Below are positions 14,259-28,888 of a stretch of 64,000 nt of DNA, one piece after another. The translations under genes and the position numbers were made by a program. The DNA lies in the NCBI GenBank assembly GCA_964035545.1, contig OZ037773.1, positions 4,493,751 through 4,557,750 of the forward strand, given 5' to 3'. The DNA is from Bugula neritina (lineage: Eukaryota > Animalia > Bryozoa). Below the pieces are notes generated by a model. That model was not told the origin of the DNA and did not search any database. It saw only the letters and a list, made by a program, of their open reading frames with translations. Within the stretch, counting starts at the first letter, position 1; the number at the start of each line of letters is the position of its first letter.

Positions 14259-15282
14259 ATTGATGTTGTTTCTAGAAACAAATGAAATATTGTGATGCAG
14301 CTCCATTTGGTGACATAGTTTTAAAACACAACAATTACGCAAAAGGAAAATGCATTTTATCAAATACTTCAAAAAACCTCATAATAACATGATAGCAATT
14401 GCTAATATTTTTGATTTGCAATTGCTTGTAATACAAATTATATACTATTAGACTTATAATTTTGTAGGTAATACAGTGAAAAACTTATTGGCGCTTGCAG
14501 GGTGATATCAAGTACATTATTAGGCTATGTTTTTCAAAGTACATAAATATTAATATACATACGTTGTAGAAACATAAAAATGTTTCTTTTTATAATTTTT
14601 TTAACCTGTATAAAGTTTTAATTAGTCTAATTAAAAAAGTTGACATTCTATATTGTATTTATCTTTTTGTTAAATTATGAAAATTTTATAATAGCACAAT
14701 TAGCAAAAGGATTAATGATAAATTGACAGTATTAGAATTGCTAAGGTAAATAGAATGCATGCTCACAAAAAAACAAATTTAATTTGGTTAAGGGTTGGTG
14801 GGTCTTTAAAGTATATTAAATTACAAATGCTTTTGGGTTCTGTAATATCTGATAGCATATACATATGGATAAGAAGAGTGAAAAGCTGCGATGCCTGCAA
14901 TGGTGTTTCAACTTATAAACTATGCTACAAAGTTATTACCTTGTTAGCTACAGATTTTCTCAATCATTTTTCAAAACAAATACTCTTAAAAGTTTAAAAA
15001 CAACCTGTTTAATGCAAAAAATCTACATTATCAAAAAAGCTGGTAATTTTATGAGTACTTTCTTTTCCATTTGAAAAAAAAATTCTAATAAGTTATGTGC
15101 CTAAAGTTTTCATTATTTGATACAGAGAGTTAACAGTCATAATTGCTATTTACCTTGGTCAAAAAATTTAGCAAAAACATAATATTGCATTAAATAGTAT
15201 TGCACTATTTAAACTTTTGTGAACATATGTAACTGTAAAAATTTTTATCAATTATTATATGTTTTATGATAATTAAACGTAC

Positions 15283-15352
15283 CTGTAATCCTTTACAAAA
15301 GTCAGATATGAAACAATATTATAGTAAGAATGCATCTCAAAGCCTTTATATA
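15283..15352 (-). promoter_or_regulatory. TATA box and putative non-coding exon 1 of copy 3
   Basis: Same motif spacing on the minus strand. Confidence 0.6.
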
Positions 15353-15653
15353 CCATTTCATGTGCAATATTCAAACTTGAAACATTACGTAGCTTTGAGT
15401 TGGTTGGCTAATAATTATCACCTGCAAGTAATAGTTAGTAATTTGTTTACGAATTAATTTATTAATAGAAAATATTGTTTATCATTGATGTTAGTGTTTA
15501 TGATCAGACTATATAATCTGGTTGTTGACAGAAACATGTATCGCAGATGATTGATTAGTGATTTGATACGAAACCAGGTACTGAAGTTTTCACTAAATAT
15601 TTGTGCAATGGTTGCGCTGATTGATAAATTTATTAATAAATTGCCAAATTAAA

Positions 15654-15712
15654 ACTCAAACCCAAGACCTCCGGGTTGAAAACAGAAATGCTACCATTAC
15701 ACCACAGAGATT
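15654..15712 (-). mobile_element. tRNA-derived SINE head / pseudo-tRNA upstream of copy 3
   Basis: A-box TGGTGTAATGG and degenerate B-box GGTTTGAGT at tRNA spacing; no 3' acceptor stem. Confidence 0.5.
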
Positions 15713-15774
15713 TCTGGGTAAACTCAACACTACACTTCTATTGTATAGGTGTGCTGACAGAGGTACGAGTCTCA

Positions 15775-15906
<132 letters not shown>

Positions 15907-17117
15907 AAGCATTCTGTAAGCTTGAAAACAAATTATTTTGGGTAGAAGACATTTTAAAGTTTTACTGCATCTTATAATGCACTGCATCATATCATTTTAA
16001 TGTAGCTGTTCAAACATCTCCTACACTACATCATAAAACTTGCTCATGCGAAATTCATGTTTTACAACCAACTATCGTTAATATTCAATTTCATTTGGTG
16101 TTTCCCCGATAAGCTACAATTTATTTTCAACAAAATTGTTTCCAATACATTACTTAGAAATATTAGAGATACAATTATTTTAAAGCCAGTACCAGTGAAG
16201 AAACTATTGTTCATTACGATATACAAAGAGTTGGTAAAGTTGTCTGCATATGAAACTATTCTTGGGATTGGTCCAACTCTTGACAAACTATTTTGCTTTT
16301 TTGTGACGCAAGTTGTGATCACATGAAGAAATGTCGTTTTCTATAATACTGAAGGTAGCTTATAATGAGCTCAGTAAAATTTAGAAAGCCAATGCAATAC
16401 ATTGTTGAAAAAAAAGAAGCTGTCAGAATGAGAAGTATGAATTGTGCTTGTGATTGGCTGAAATATCTTCCAACCGCTACATGGCATGAAACAATATAAA
16501 CAATTTAAAAAACAATATAAAAAAATTGCCATAGTAACCATGACATTGCAATTTAATAAAACATAATGATGATAATGTTATGTAACTTTTTGCGCTGTCT
16601 TGTAATATGACATACAACTTAATAAAACAAATTGCAATAAGAAAACTTCAATTGAACAGCTACAGATATACACCTAAATAATATATAACTAGTATGATTT
16701 CGAGAATAAATATTTCTATTTAAACAATGTGGCTGCATGTTACACTGATAAGGTACAATTCAAGCTGTCATCAGATTATGTATTACTAAAATATTGAAGC
16801 TAATCCCTTTAGGTTGCCAGGAGACCCAAAAGAATATCTTTATGCAAATAACACTTGTTTTTTTTAGTTATTATAATATCTTGGTGATTTATTAGATAAC
16901 ACACAAAGAATCTGAAATAAAAGTCATTTATAAAACTTTGTTTTAGATAAAAGTTAATTTCAGCTAAAATATTATTAAATAGTTTTAGCTAATGTTTTGA
17001 TAGGTTATTTTATGGTTTATATAACTATGTTGAAGTTAAAAAGTTGAAGAATTGCGATGGTTTCTCTAGTACTGCTTAAATATAACAAACAGCTACTTTA
17101 AACTCATTTCATTGTAT

Positions 17118-17378
17118 ATCAGCAGCTTCACGCTCCCACGACTTTCCCTATAGAGATTGATCTGCGTCACAGAAGTAACAGTCGCTATGGTAGAGGAAGA
17201 CATAGAGTTTACTGGATCTAGCGTAGAAGTTCTGTGTAAATAATTATGTTGATGGTTAGCTTAACAGATAGTGCACTCTAATTACATGTGATCAACCAAT
17301 CAGTGGTCCTTTTGTTCAGAATTTATTTAATGCTAACGCAATACTAAATCTGAATGAGATGGAAGTTTATGGCTATAT
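17118..17378 (+). pseudogene. F-type lectin domain exon remnant (stop-disrupted paralog)
   Basis: Aligns to 26997-27250; extra stops and indels. Confidence 0.55.
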
Positions 17379-17397
17379 TTGATTCATTGTTTTGTAG

Positions 17398-17835
17398 TTT
17401 ACACAATATTTTGAGTAGGGTATGATAGCTGTTTTTAGAGCACCTGCTATAGTAAAACAGTATCTAGCAGCAAATGATGAAAAGACCTGCACCTTCATGC
17501 CATGTAGCGGTTGGAAAATATTTCAGCCAATCACAAGCTCAATTTATACTTTTCATTCTGACAGCTTCGTTTGTTTCAACAATGTATTGCATTGGCTTTC
17601 CGAATTTTACTGAGTTTACAATAAGCTATCTTTAGTATTATATATAAGCAAATGACATTTCTTTATGAGATCACAACTTGTGTCACAAAAAAAGGCAAAA
17701 TAATTTGTCAGGAGTTGGACAAATCCCAAAACTTGTCTCATATGCAGACAAGTTTGCCAATTCTTTGTATATCGTAATGAACAATAGTTTCCTCACTGGT
17801 ACTGGCTTTAAAATAATTTTATCTCTAATATTTTT
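17398..17835 (+). pseudogene. Degenerate, possibly CUB-domain-like exon carried in the repeat unit
   Basis: Ends in NSLYIVMNNSFLTGTGFKII (similar to CUB C-terminus SNSL.V.F.SD.S.TG.GF). Broken frames in all paralogs (~949-1415, 7563-8030, 16165-16490, 26030-26370, 27273-27710, 37625-37965, 38875-39030, 48085-48545, 57478-57940). Confidence 0.3.
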
Positions 17836-18083
17836 GAGTGATATAATAAAGTCAATTTTGTTGAAAACAAGTTGTAGCCTATCACGAAACACCGAATAAA
17901 ATTGAATTTAGCTGTAGTTGGTTGAAAAACATGAACTTTGCATAAGGGAGTTTCATGATGAAGTGTATAGGAGATGTTTGAGCAGCTAATAAAGAACATG
18001 CTGCATTGCATTGTAAGATGCCGTTTAACTTAAAAAGTGTTTTCTACGAAAGATAATTTGTTTCCAACCTTACAGAATGCTTG

Positions 18084-18217
<134 letters not shown>

Positions 18218-18279
18218 TGAGACTTGTACCTCTAACAGCACACCTGAACAATAGAAGTGTAGTGTTGAGTTTACCCGGG

Positions 18280-18338
18280 AGTCCCTGTGGTGTAATGTTA
18301 GCATGCCTGTTTGCAAGCCGGAGGTCTTGGGTTTAAAT
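18280..18338 (+). mobile_element. tRNA-derived SINE head upstream of copy 4
   Basis: GTCCCTGTGGTGTAATGTTAGCATGCCTGTTTGCAAGCCGGAGGTCTTGGGTTTAAAT. Confidence 0.5.
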
Positions 18339-18639
18339 TTTAATGTGACAATTTATTAATTAATTTATCAATCAGTGCAATCATTGCATAAATATTTGGT
18401 AAAAATTTCTATACCTGATTTTGTATCCAATCAATAATCAGTCATCTGCAATACATGTTTCTGTCAACAACAAGATTATGAAGTCTGATCACAAACACTA
18501 ACATCAATGCTAAATAATATTTTCTATAAATAAAATATTTCGTAATCAAATTACTCACTATTACTTGCAAGTGATAATTATTAGCCAACTAACACAAAGC
18601 TACGTAATGTTTCAAGTTCGAATATTGCAGTTAAACTGG

Positions 18640-18709
18640 TATATAAAGGCTTTGAGATGCATTCTTACTACAATATTGGTTACTATCTGACTTTTGTGAA
18701 GTATTACAG
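18640..18709 (+). promoter_or_regulatory. TATA box and putative non-coding exon 1 of copy 4
   Basis: TATATAAA to CAG|GTATGT. Confidence 0.6.
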
Positions 18710-19793
18710 GTATGTTTAACTATTATAAACATATATTTATTAAAAAAAAATTTTACAATAACAGATTTTCACAAAAGGGTAAATGGCTCAATACTACTCA
18801 ATGCAATATTATGTTTTTGCTAAATTTTTTAACCAAGGTAATCAGCAATTATGACTGTCTACTCTCTGTATCAAAACATAAAAACTTTAGGCACACAAAT
18901 AATTAAAAAGATATTTTTCAAATGGGAAAAAAGGTACTAATACAATTTCCAGCCTTTTTAACAAAATACATTTTTTTGCATGAGACAAGTTTGTTGTAAG
19001 TTTTAAAGAGAATTTTTTTTGAAAAATGATTGGGAAAATCTGTAGCTAACAGGGTAATAATTTTGTAGCATAGCTTACAAGTTGAAACACCATTCCAGGC
19101 ATCTGAGCTTTTCACTTTTTTTATCCATATGTATATGCTATCATATATTACAGAACTCAAAAGTAATTGTAATTTAAAATACTTTAAAGACCCACCAACC
19201 CTTAACCAAAATTAAATTTGTTTTTGTCAACTTTTCAATTCAAATATTAAACATTCTACAAAACAGAAATGCATAACAAAAAACAGTGAGCATGCATTCT
19301 ATTTACCTTAGCAATTTTATTACTGTCAATTTATCATTATTCTTTTTGCTAATTGTGCTATTATAAAATTTTCATATTTTAGCAAAAAGTTAAATACAAT
19401 ATAGAATGGTAACTTTTTTAATTAGACTAAATGAAACTTTATACAGGTTAAAAAAATTATAAAAGGAAACATTTTTATGTTTCCACAACATATGTATTGA
19501 TATTTATGTACTTTGAAAAATATAACCTAATAATGTACTTGATATCAACCTGCAGGCGCCAATAAATTGTTTGCCATATTATTTACAAAATTATAAGTCT
19601 AATAGTATATATAATTTGTATTACAAGCAATTGCAAATTAAAAATATTAGCAATTGCTATCATGCTATTACAAGGCTTTTTAAAGAATTTCAAAAAATGC
19701 ATTTTCCTTTTGCATAACTGTTGTGTTTTAAAACTATGTCACCCAATGGAGCTGCATCACAATATTTCATTTGTTTATAGAACCAACATCAAT

Positions 19794-20284
19794 ATGAAGG
19801 TCCTTGCTGTGTTTGTGATTGCCATGATAGTCATCATGGCACTGGGTAAGTGAAATGTATATATTGGGTATTGAGTGATCAAAAAACACTTTATTGAATT
19901 ATATCCAAAGCAGATAACAAAAGTTTTGTATAAATATTAAAGTGTTATTAAAATATTATAACTCGAATCTCTTCAAAGTTTAAGTTTTATTCCTTACTCT
20001 ATAAATTATTTTTTACATATAATTCATTTCTATTTGTTGCATGATGCGGTTGCATATAAATTAGCCTCATGAAGAAAGTATAATATATATTATTATAAAA
20101 GTAGTGTAAAAATATTGGAGTTACCTCATCATGTTATTAATTTTCAATAGCTTCAGTAGCGGAGGCTAGCCATGGTTGCCCCAAATATCCAAGTAAATGC
20201 AAGAAGTACTGTAAAGGAAAAGGATATAATTCATATAAGTGTTCTGGTTCCTCTTGTAAATGCCTCAAATATCATGGGAGGTAA
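19794..20284 (+). CDS. CSalpha/beta defensin-like peptide, copy 4 (exons 19794-19845, 20151-20284)
   Basis: MKVLAVFVIAMIVIMALASVAEA-SHGCPKYPSKCKKYCKGKGYNSYKCSGSSCKCLKYHGR*. Confidence 0.9.
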
Positions 20285-23200
20285 AGTCAACTTTCTCAGC
20301 TGTTAACCTTTGACCTGGACACGACCTTCATGGATTTTCACATTGCTGATTCTGTCTTAAACCTCTGTAATTTAATTAAGTTTGATTTTTTGAAATAGTA
20401 ATGTTTCTGAATATATCATACCTATAATTATATGCAACTACTAAATCCGAATAAAACAAATGCTTTTGAAATATAGCCAAATATTTTGTTTTAATCAGGC
20501 ATGTATGGGAGTTTTATAGAACCTAAAACAATTATGCTTCTCATTATCATTTTGCTGTGAAATCTCTACATATAGTTGAAAACATTTCATTCTATAGTTT
20601 TGCACTTTCAATATTTTTTAATGCACCAGCTTGATTGTTGCTGATACAGTGGACAACATCTCACTAGACCATTACATGCATTAAAATAAAATGTTACAGA
20701 AATATTTGTTAAACATTACCAATTTGTGATTGCTGTATAAATGCTTCAACTAAAACGCATTAGAAATATACAAACTAGAACAATGGGGAGATAAATCTGT
20801 CTTCCATTCAGTGGTGTATACTAGATAAATTAGCTAAATGATAATGGATTTTAGTCGTCTTTCCCTAGCATAACCTGATCCTACTTTAAAATATACAGTG
20901 CAAATTTTTATGTAAGCCTAATGGATAAAAAACTTGAAGCAATGCTCCAGTTATTTTGATTAACTTGCTATAGTGATTGATGTAACTCTCGCTCTTAATG
21001 ATTTAGCTAAGAGAGGTGTAATTTTCACATCTATTGTGTTCTCTAACATGATAAAATGTGCTTAATATCAAATAATTAAGCTTTGTAATGATGACTTTTA
21101 ATTATTTTTTGAAGCCATTTTTACAAGTTATAGTCACTGAATACTTCATGATTGATAGGTTTTTAAACTAAACCTATTTAGAGCTTCACTGCTTTCTACT
21201 GCCAATTAGAAGAACTAATAAAAACAAAATGAGTATTTTATTCCTGCCAAAACGCTTGTAGAAAATATTTTGATTAGATTATGGTTTTATACACGAAAAA
21301 AATGTGAATACTGTATACTTAATTTATATTTCTCTGAAACTTTCTCACAGATAGCAGCCTTATTCTGCAGGAGAACAAAATCCAACAAATCTTAGTGTTG
21401 CTAAAACTTTAGCATATAGTTAAAAATAGTTGTTTTCAAACCACCTGAGTATTAATAAATTCAAATGCTATATGATTCATGAATGAGTAAAAACTGGTAG
21501 CTTTGACATCATATAAGCTAGACTTTATATTCATTTGTATGCTAAATGAAGTTGTGTCGGTTGTTACTAGTGACTGGGGAGTAGTAATTGTCTCTCTTGA
21601 AATGCATACAGTCATTGACTAGAATGGAATAAGCTTGCTTTATATAGATATTACAAAGGTCATTTTTATAGCCATCTTCGGTTGTAAAAATGAATTTTAA
21701 TCTGTATTATAATAGGTGCCTATATTGTCAATCATAATTAGGCTGTATGAGGTGATCATGCTTCATGCAGCTGAATTATAAAAGTTTTTTTCAACAAATA
21801 TGAAATGCATATAAATAGAAATAATAAAGACAGCACGAACCTTTTTCTGACACTTATAAAAAGAACAGACAAAAGTCTGACCCATCTTTTCATAGAGATT
21901 ATATTGAGTGATTTGTTCATAAAGCTATAATAGACCACAATGAGAAAATATTTTATTTGTATCACAATAATTAGGAAGCACAAAGTACATATTACACGAT
22001 ATATATTGTATTAAAAAGATTGAACAAAAGTGCACAAATATAGATATTTACTGTTTATAGCTGGTTAAATAGCACTTTATACCATTTTTTGATTGCTATA
22101 AGTTTCTAGCAATAGCTAGTCAATTTGTTGTTAGCTTTTAAGTGTTTTACAAAACATTAGCTTAAAATTGTTCTAGATAAAAAATAGTTCAAATTAAAAT
22201 CACAATGAATTGAAATATAAAATAAGTTACATATTGATAAAGATTGATACTAATTATAGCAAACACAATATTATAATAAAAAAGTAAAACGAAACACAAA
22301 GGTTTATTTCAGCCTTTTTTTATCATGAGTTGGCAGCAAGAAGCAGTCAAGTCTGTAACCTAATCAATACACTAAATATTTGTTGTAGATTAACTCGAAT
22401 TGCAGTTATTTTTGGCAGCTTTAAGATATGCAGTTATGGCCATAACTATATGCATCAATTTTTTAGGAAATTTAATAATGGAATGTGACAGAATAGTTAT
22501 AAGGCTTACATGCAACCAACGGAATCTCATTAAAATAAATTATACAATGTGCTTTTACATGGACAGGGCTTTTTAACAATTACTAGTTCTGGGTATGACC
22601 AAGATGCATTTTTTTATAAATATTTGAAGTACACAAATGAAACAGACAACAGATTGTGAGTTTAGGTGCAAATCGTTTTCAAATTATGAGACGTGTGTTT
22701 CTTACACTGAAATATACTTCACATGATTGATTGAAGCATTTGTGTGCAGGTGAACACGTTGTTGATCAATGTATATTCAAAGATATATTTATTATTGGCT
22801 TAATTGTTCAGAGTTACAAGTTTCTATAAAATTAATTGTACTCTTAATTTAAACTTCAATTCTAAGTAAGCTATAAGGCATGCAGACTCGGCAAGATAGA
22901 TTGTCAAGTTTACAACCAATATAACTACATGGTACCAAAGACAAGCTATAATCAATAGAATAAATACATGTAAACCAATGAACCTTGGATGGAAGACAGA
23001 TTTATCTCCCCATTATTCTAGTTTGTATATTTCTGCTGTCTTTTGGTTAAAGCATTTATACAGAAATCACAAATTGGTGATGTTAAACAAATTTTTCTGT
23101 AATATTTGATTTTATTGCATGTAATAGTCTAGTGAGATGTTGTCCACTGTATCAGCAACAATCAAGCTGGTGTATTATAAAATATTGGAAGTGCAAAACT

Positions 23201-23516
23201 TTAGAATGAAATATTTTCAACTATATGTAGAGATTTTGGAGCAAGAATGATAATGAGAAACATAATTATTTTAGGTTGTATAAACTCCCATATACATGCC
23301 TGATTAAAACAAAACATTTGGCTATATCTCAAAAGCATTTGTTTTATTCGGATTTAGTAGTTACATATAATCATAGGTATGATATATTCAGAAACATTAC
23401 TATTTCAAAATTTCAAACCTAATTAAATTACAGAGGTTTAAGACAGAATCAGCAAGGTGAAAATCCATGAAGGTTGTGTCCAGGTCCAATTAGGTTAACA
23501 GCTGAGAAAGTTGACT

Positions 23517-24007
23517 TTACTTCCCATGATATTTGAGGCATTTACAAGAGGAACCAGAACACTTATATGAAGAATATCCTTTTCCTTTACAGTACTTCTT
23601 GCATTTACTTGGATATTTGGGGCAACCATAGCTAGCCTCCGCTACTGAAGCTATTGAAAATTAATAACATGATGAGGTAACTCCAATATTTTTACACTGC
23701 TTTTATAATATTATATATTGTAGTTTTTGTATAAGGCTAATTTATATGCAACCGCATCAGTGCAACAAATAGAAATAAATTATATGTAAAAAAAAAATTA
23801 TAGAGTAAGGAATAAAACTGAAACTTTGAAGAGATCGAGTTATAATATTTTAATAACACTTTAATATTTATACAAAACCTTTGTTATCTACTTTGGATAT
23901 AATTCAATAAAGTGTTTTTTGCTCACTCAATACCCAATATAAATATATCACTTACCCAGTGCCATAATGACTAGCATGGCAATCACAAACACAGCAATGA
24001 CCTTCAT
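23517..24007 (-). CDS. CSalpha/beta defensin-like peptide, copy 5 (exons 24007-23956, 23650-23517)
   Basis: Intact frame and GT-AG; consensus mature peptide (GYSS type). Confidence 0.9.
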
Positions 24008-25034
24008 ATTGATGTTGGTTCTATAAACAAATGAAATATTGTGATGCAGCTCCATTTGGTGACATAGTTTTAAAACACAACAGTTATGCAAAAGGAAAAT
24101 CCATTTTTTGAAATACTTTAAAAACCCTCATATAATAACATGATAGCAATTGCTGATATTTTTGATTTGCAATTGCTTGTAATACAAATTATATACTATT
24201 GGACTTATAATTTTGTAGGTAATACAGTGAAAAACTTATTGGCGCCTGCAGGGTGATATCAAGTACATTATTAGGTTATGTTTTTTAACCTACATAAATA
24301 TTAATATACATATGTTGTAGAAACATAAAAATGTTTCTTTTTATAATTTTTTTAACCTGTGTAAAGTTTTAATTTTTCTAATTAAAAAAGTTACTATTCT
24401 ATATTGTATTTAACTTTTTGCTAGATTATGAAAATTTTATAATAGCACAATTAGCAAAAAGAATAATGATAAGTTGACAGTATTAGAATTGCTAAGGTAA
24501 ATAGAATGCATGCTCACAAGAAACAAATTTAATTTGGTTAAGGGTTGGTGGGTCTTTAAAGTATTTTAAATTACAAATGCTTTTGGGTTCTGTAATATCT
24601 GATAGCATTTACATATGAATAAGAAGATCAAAAAGCTGCGATGCCTGCAATGGTGTTTCAACTTATAAACTATGCTACAAAATTATTACCCTGTTAGCTA
24701 CAGATTTTCCGAATCATTTTTTAAAACAAATACTCTTTAAAACTTTAAAAAACCTGTTTAATGCAAAAAAATGTATTTCATCAAAAAGGCTGGTAATTTT
24801 ATGAGTACCTTCTTTTCTATTTGAAAAATTTTTTTTTAATCAGGTATGTGCCTTAAAGCTTTCATTATTTGATACAAAGAGTAAACAGTCATAATTGCTA
24901 TTTACCTTGGTCAAATAATTTAGCAAAAACATAATATTGTATTGAGTAGTATTGAGCTATTTAAACTGTTGTGAAAATCTGTAATTGTAAAAGATTTTAT
25001 TAACTAATATATGTTTTATGATAATTAAACGTAC

Positions 25035-25104
25035 CTGTAATCCTTTACAAAAGTCAGATATGAAACAATATTGTAGTAAGAATGCATCTCAAAACCTTTA
25101 TATA
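25035..25104 (-). promoter_or_regulatory. TATA box and putative non-coding exon 1 of copy 5
   Basis: Same motif spacing. Confidence 0.6.
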
Positions 25105-25406
25105 CCATTTTAAGTACAATATTCAAACTTGAAACATTACGTAGCTTTGAGTTGGTTGGCTAATAATTATCACCTGCAAGTAATAGTTAGTAATTTGTTT
25201 ACAAATTAATTTATTAATAGAAAATATTGTTTATCATTGATGTTAGTGTTTATGATCAGACTATATAATCTTGTTGTTGACAGAAATATGTATCGCAGAT
25301 GATTGATTAGTGATTTGATACGAAACCAGGTACGGAAGTTTTCACTAAATATTTATGCAATGGTTGCGCTGATTGATAAATTTTATTAATAAATTGCCAA
25401 ATTAAA

Positions 25407-25466
25407 ACTCACACCCAAGATATCCGGCTTGCAAACAGACATGCTACCATTACACCACAGAGACTC
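25407..25466 (-). mobile_element. tRNA-derived SINE head upstream of copy 5
   Basis: Paralog of 15654-15712. Confidence 0.5.
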
Positions 25467-25525
25467 CTGGGTAAACTCAACACTATACTTCTATTGTTTA
25501 GGTGTGCTGACAGAGGTACAAGTCT

Positions 25526-25782
<257 letters not shown>

Positions 25783-26996
25783 AAGCATTCTGTAAGCTTG
25801 AAAACAAATTATTTTGGGTAGAAGACATTTTAAAGTTTTACTGCATCTTATAATGCACTGCATCATATCATTTTAATGTAGCTGTTCAAACATCTCCTAG
25901 CTACACTACATCATAAAACTTGCTCATGCGAATTTCATGTTTTACAACCAACTAGCGTTAAAATTCAATTTCATTTGGTGTTTCCCCGATAAGCTACAAT
26001 TTATTTTCAACAAAATTGTTTCCAATACATTACTTAGAAATATTAGAGATACAATTATTTTAAAGCCAGTACCAGTGAAGAAACTATTGTTCATTACGAT
26101 ATACAAAAAATTGGCAAAGTTGTCTGCATATGAAACAAGTCTTGGGATTGGTCCAACTCTTGACAAACTATTTTGCTTTTTTGTGACGCAAGTTGTGATC
26201 TCATGAAGAAATGTCATTTGCTATAATACTGAAGGTAGCTTATAATAAACTCAGTAAAATTTAGAAAGCCAATGCAATACATTGTTGAAACAAACAAAGC
26301 TGTCAAAATGAAAAGTATGAATTGAGCTTGTGATTGGCTGAAATATCTTCCAACCGCTACATGGCATGAAACAATATAAACAATTTGAAAAACAATATAA
26401 AAAATTTTTTCCATAGTAACCATGACATTGCAATTTAATAAAACCTAATGATTATAATGTTATGTAACTTTTTGTGCTGTCTTGTAATATGACATACAAT
26501 TTAATAAAACATATTGCAATAATAAAAGCTCTATTGAACAACTACAGATAAATACCTGAATCTTATATAACTAGTATGATTTCAAAAATAAATATTTCTA
26601 TAAACAATATGGCTGCATGTTACACTGCTAAGGTACAATTCAAGCTGTCATCAGATTATGTATTACTAAAATATTGAAGCTAATCTCTCTAGGTTTCCAG
26701 GAGACCCAAAATATTATCTTCATGTAACTAACACTTAAATTGTATTATAGTTGTTATATTTGGGTTATCTATTATATAACTGACAAAGAACTCGAATTAA
26801 AAGTAAATTATAAAACTTCGCTTTAGATAAAAATTAGTTACAGCTAAAATATTATTAAATAGGTATAGCTAATAATTTAAAAGGTTAGTTTAAATTTTAT
26901 ATAACTATGTGAAGTTTAAAAGTTGAAGAATTGCGCTGGTTTCTCTATGGTACTCCTAAAATAACAAACAGCTACTTTAAACTCATTTCATTTTAG

Positions 26997-27250
26997 ATCA
27001 GCAGCTTCAATCTCCCACGACTTTCCCTATCGAGAATGATCTGCGTCACAGAAGTGACAGTCGCTATGAAAGAGGAAGATATAGAGTTTACTGGATCTAA
27101 CAGAGAAGTTCTGTGCAAACATGTTGATGGTCATCTCAACAGATACTACACTCTGATTACATGTGATCAACCAATCAGTGGTCGCTTTGTTCAGATTTTA
27201 TTTAATGCTAACACAGTACTAAATCTGAATAAGATTGAAGTTTATGGCAA
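26997..27250 (+). pseudogene. F-type lectin (fucolectin-like) domain exon remnant
   Basis: Follows acceptor ttttag. One frame gives HRSDSRYER (R-x-D-x4-R); after a frameshift, LCKHVDGHLNRYYTLITCDQPISGRFVQILFNANTVLNLNKIEVYG, resembling the C..GRYV.I...L.L.EVEVY end of F-type domains. Confidence 0.6.
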
Positions 27251-27952
27251 TATTTCATTTATTGTTTTGTAGTTTACACAATATTTTGAGTAGGGTATGA
27301 TAGCTGTTTTTAGAGCACCTGCTATAGTAAGACAGTATCTGGCAGGGAATGATGAAAAGACCTGCACCTTCATGCCATGTAGCAGTTGGAAAATATTTCA
27401 GCCGATCACAAGCTCAATTTATACTTTTCAATCTGACAGCTTCGTTTGTTTCAACAATGTATTGCATTGGCTTTCCAAATTTTACTGAGTTTATTATAAG
27501 CTACCTTCAGTGTTATAGCAAATGACATTTTTTTTATGAGATCACAACTTGCATCACAAAAAAGGCAAGATAATTTGTCAAGAGTTGGACAAATCCCAAA
27601 ACTTGTCTCATATGCAGACAACTTTGCCAATTCTTTGTATCTTGTAGTGACAATAGTTTCCTCACTGGTACTGGCTTTAAAATAATTTTATCTCTAATAT
27701 TTTTGAGTGATATAATAAAGTCAATTTTGTTAGAAACAAGTTGTAGCCTATCACGAAACACCAAATAAAATTGAATTTAGCGGTGGTTGGTTGAAAAGCA
27801 TGAACTTTGCATAAGGGAGTTTCATGATGTAGTGTAGGAGATGTTTGAGCAGCTATAAAAGAACATGCTGCATTGCCTTATAAGATGCCGTATAACTTAA
27901 AAAGTGTTTTCTACGAAAGATAATTTGTTTCCAAGCTTACACAATGCTTCTA

Positions 27953-28340
<388 letters not shown>

Positions 28341-28451
28341 ATCTAACTGCGTACAGCAGCTGTTTTGGGACTTGTACCTTTGTCAGCACAAGAAATGAAA
28401 GTTCCATGGCCATACTTGGACAATAGAAGTATAGTGTTGAGTTTACCCGGG

Positions 28452-28510
28452 AGTCCCTGCGGTGTAATGTTAGCATGCCTGTTTGCAAGCCGGAGGTCTT
28501 GGGTTTAAAT
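28452..28510 (+). mobile_element. tRNA-derived SINE head upstream of copy 6
   Basis: Paralog of 18280-18338. Confidence 0.5.
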
Positions 28511-28818
28511 TTTAATGTGGCAATTTATTAATTAATTTATCAATCAGTGCAACCATTGCATAAATATTTGGTAAAAATTTCCATACCTGATGTTGTATCA
28601 AATAATTAATCAATCATCTGCAATACATGTTTCTGTCAACAACAAGATTATATATATAATCTGATCATAAACACTATCATTAATGATAAACAATATTTTC
28701 TATAAATAAAATATTTCGTAAACAAATTACTCACTATTACTTGCAGGTGATAATTATTAGCCAACTAACTCAAAGCTACGTAATGTTTCAAGTTTGAAGA
28801 TTGCACTAATTAAGCTGG

Positions 28819-28888
28819 TATATAAAGGCTTTGAGATGCATTCTTACTACAATATTGTTTACTATCTGACTTGTGTGAAGTATTACAG
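28819..28888 (+). promoter_or_regulatory. TATA box and putative non-coding exon 1 of copy 6
   Basis: Same motif spacing. Confidence 0.6.

Noticed and set aside
18280-18338. Functional tRNA gene
   Set aside because: Degenerate B-box, no 3' acceptor strand, poor anticodon stem.
19662-19853. ORFs ending ...MKVxAVFVIAM..MALGK (also 29795, 35444, 40715) as single-exon genes or N-terminal extensions
   Set aside because: Upstream ATGs are not conserved and lie before a conserved acceptor 13 nt above the true ATG; the terminal GK* is read-through into the GTAAGT donor.
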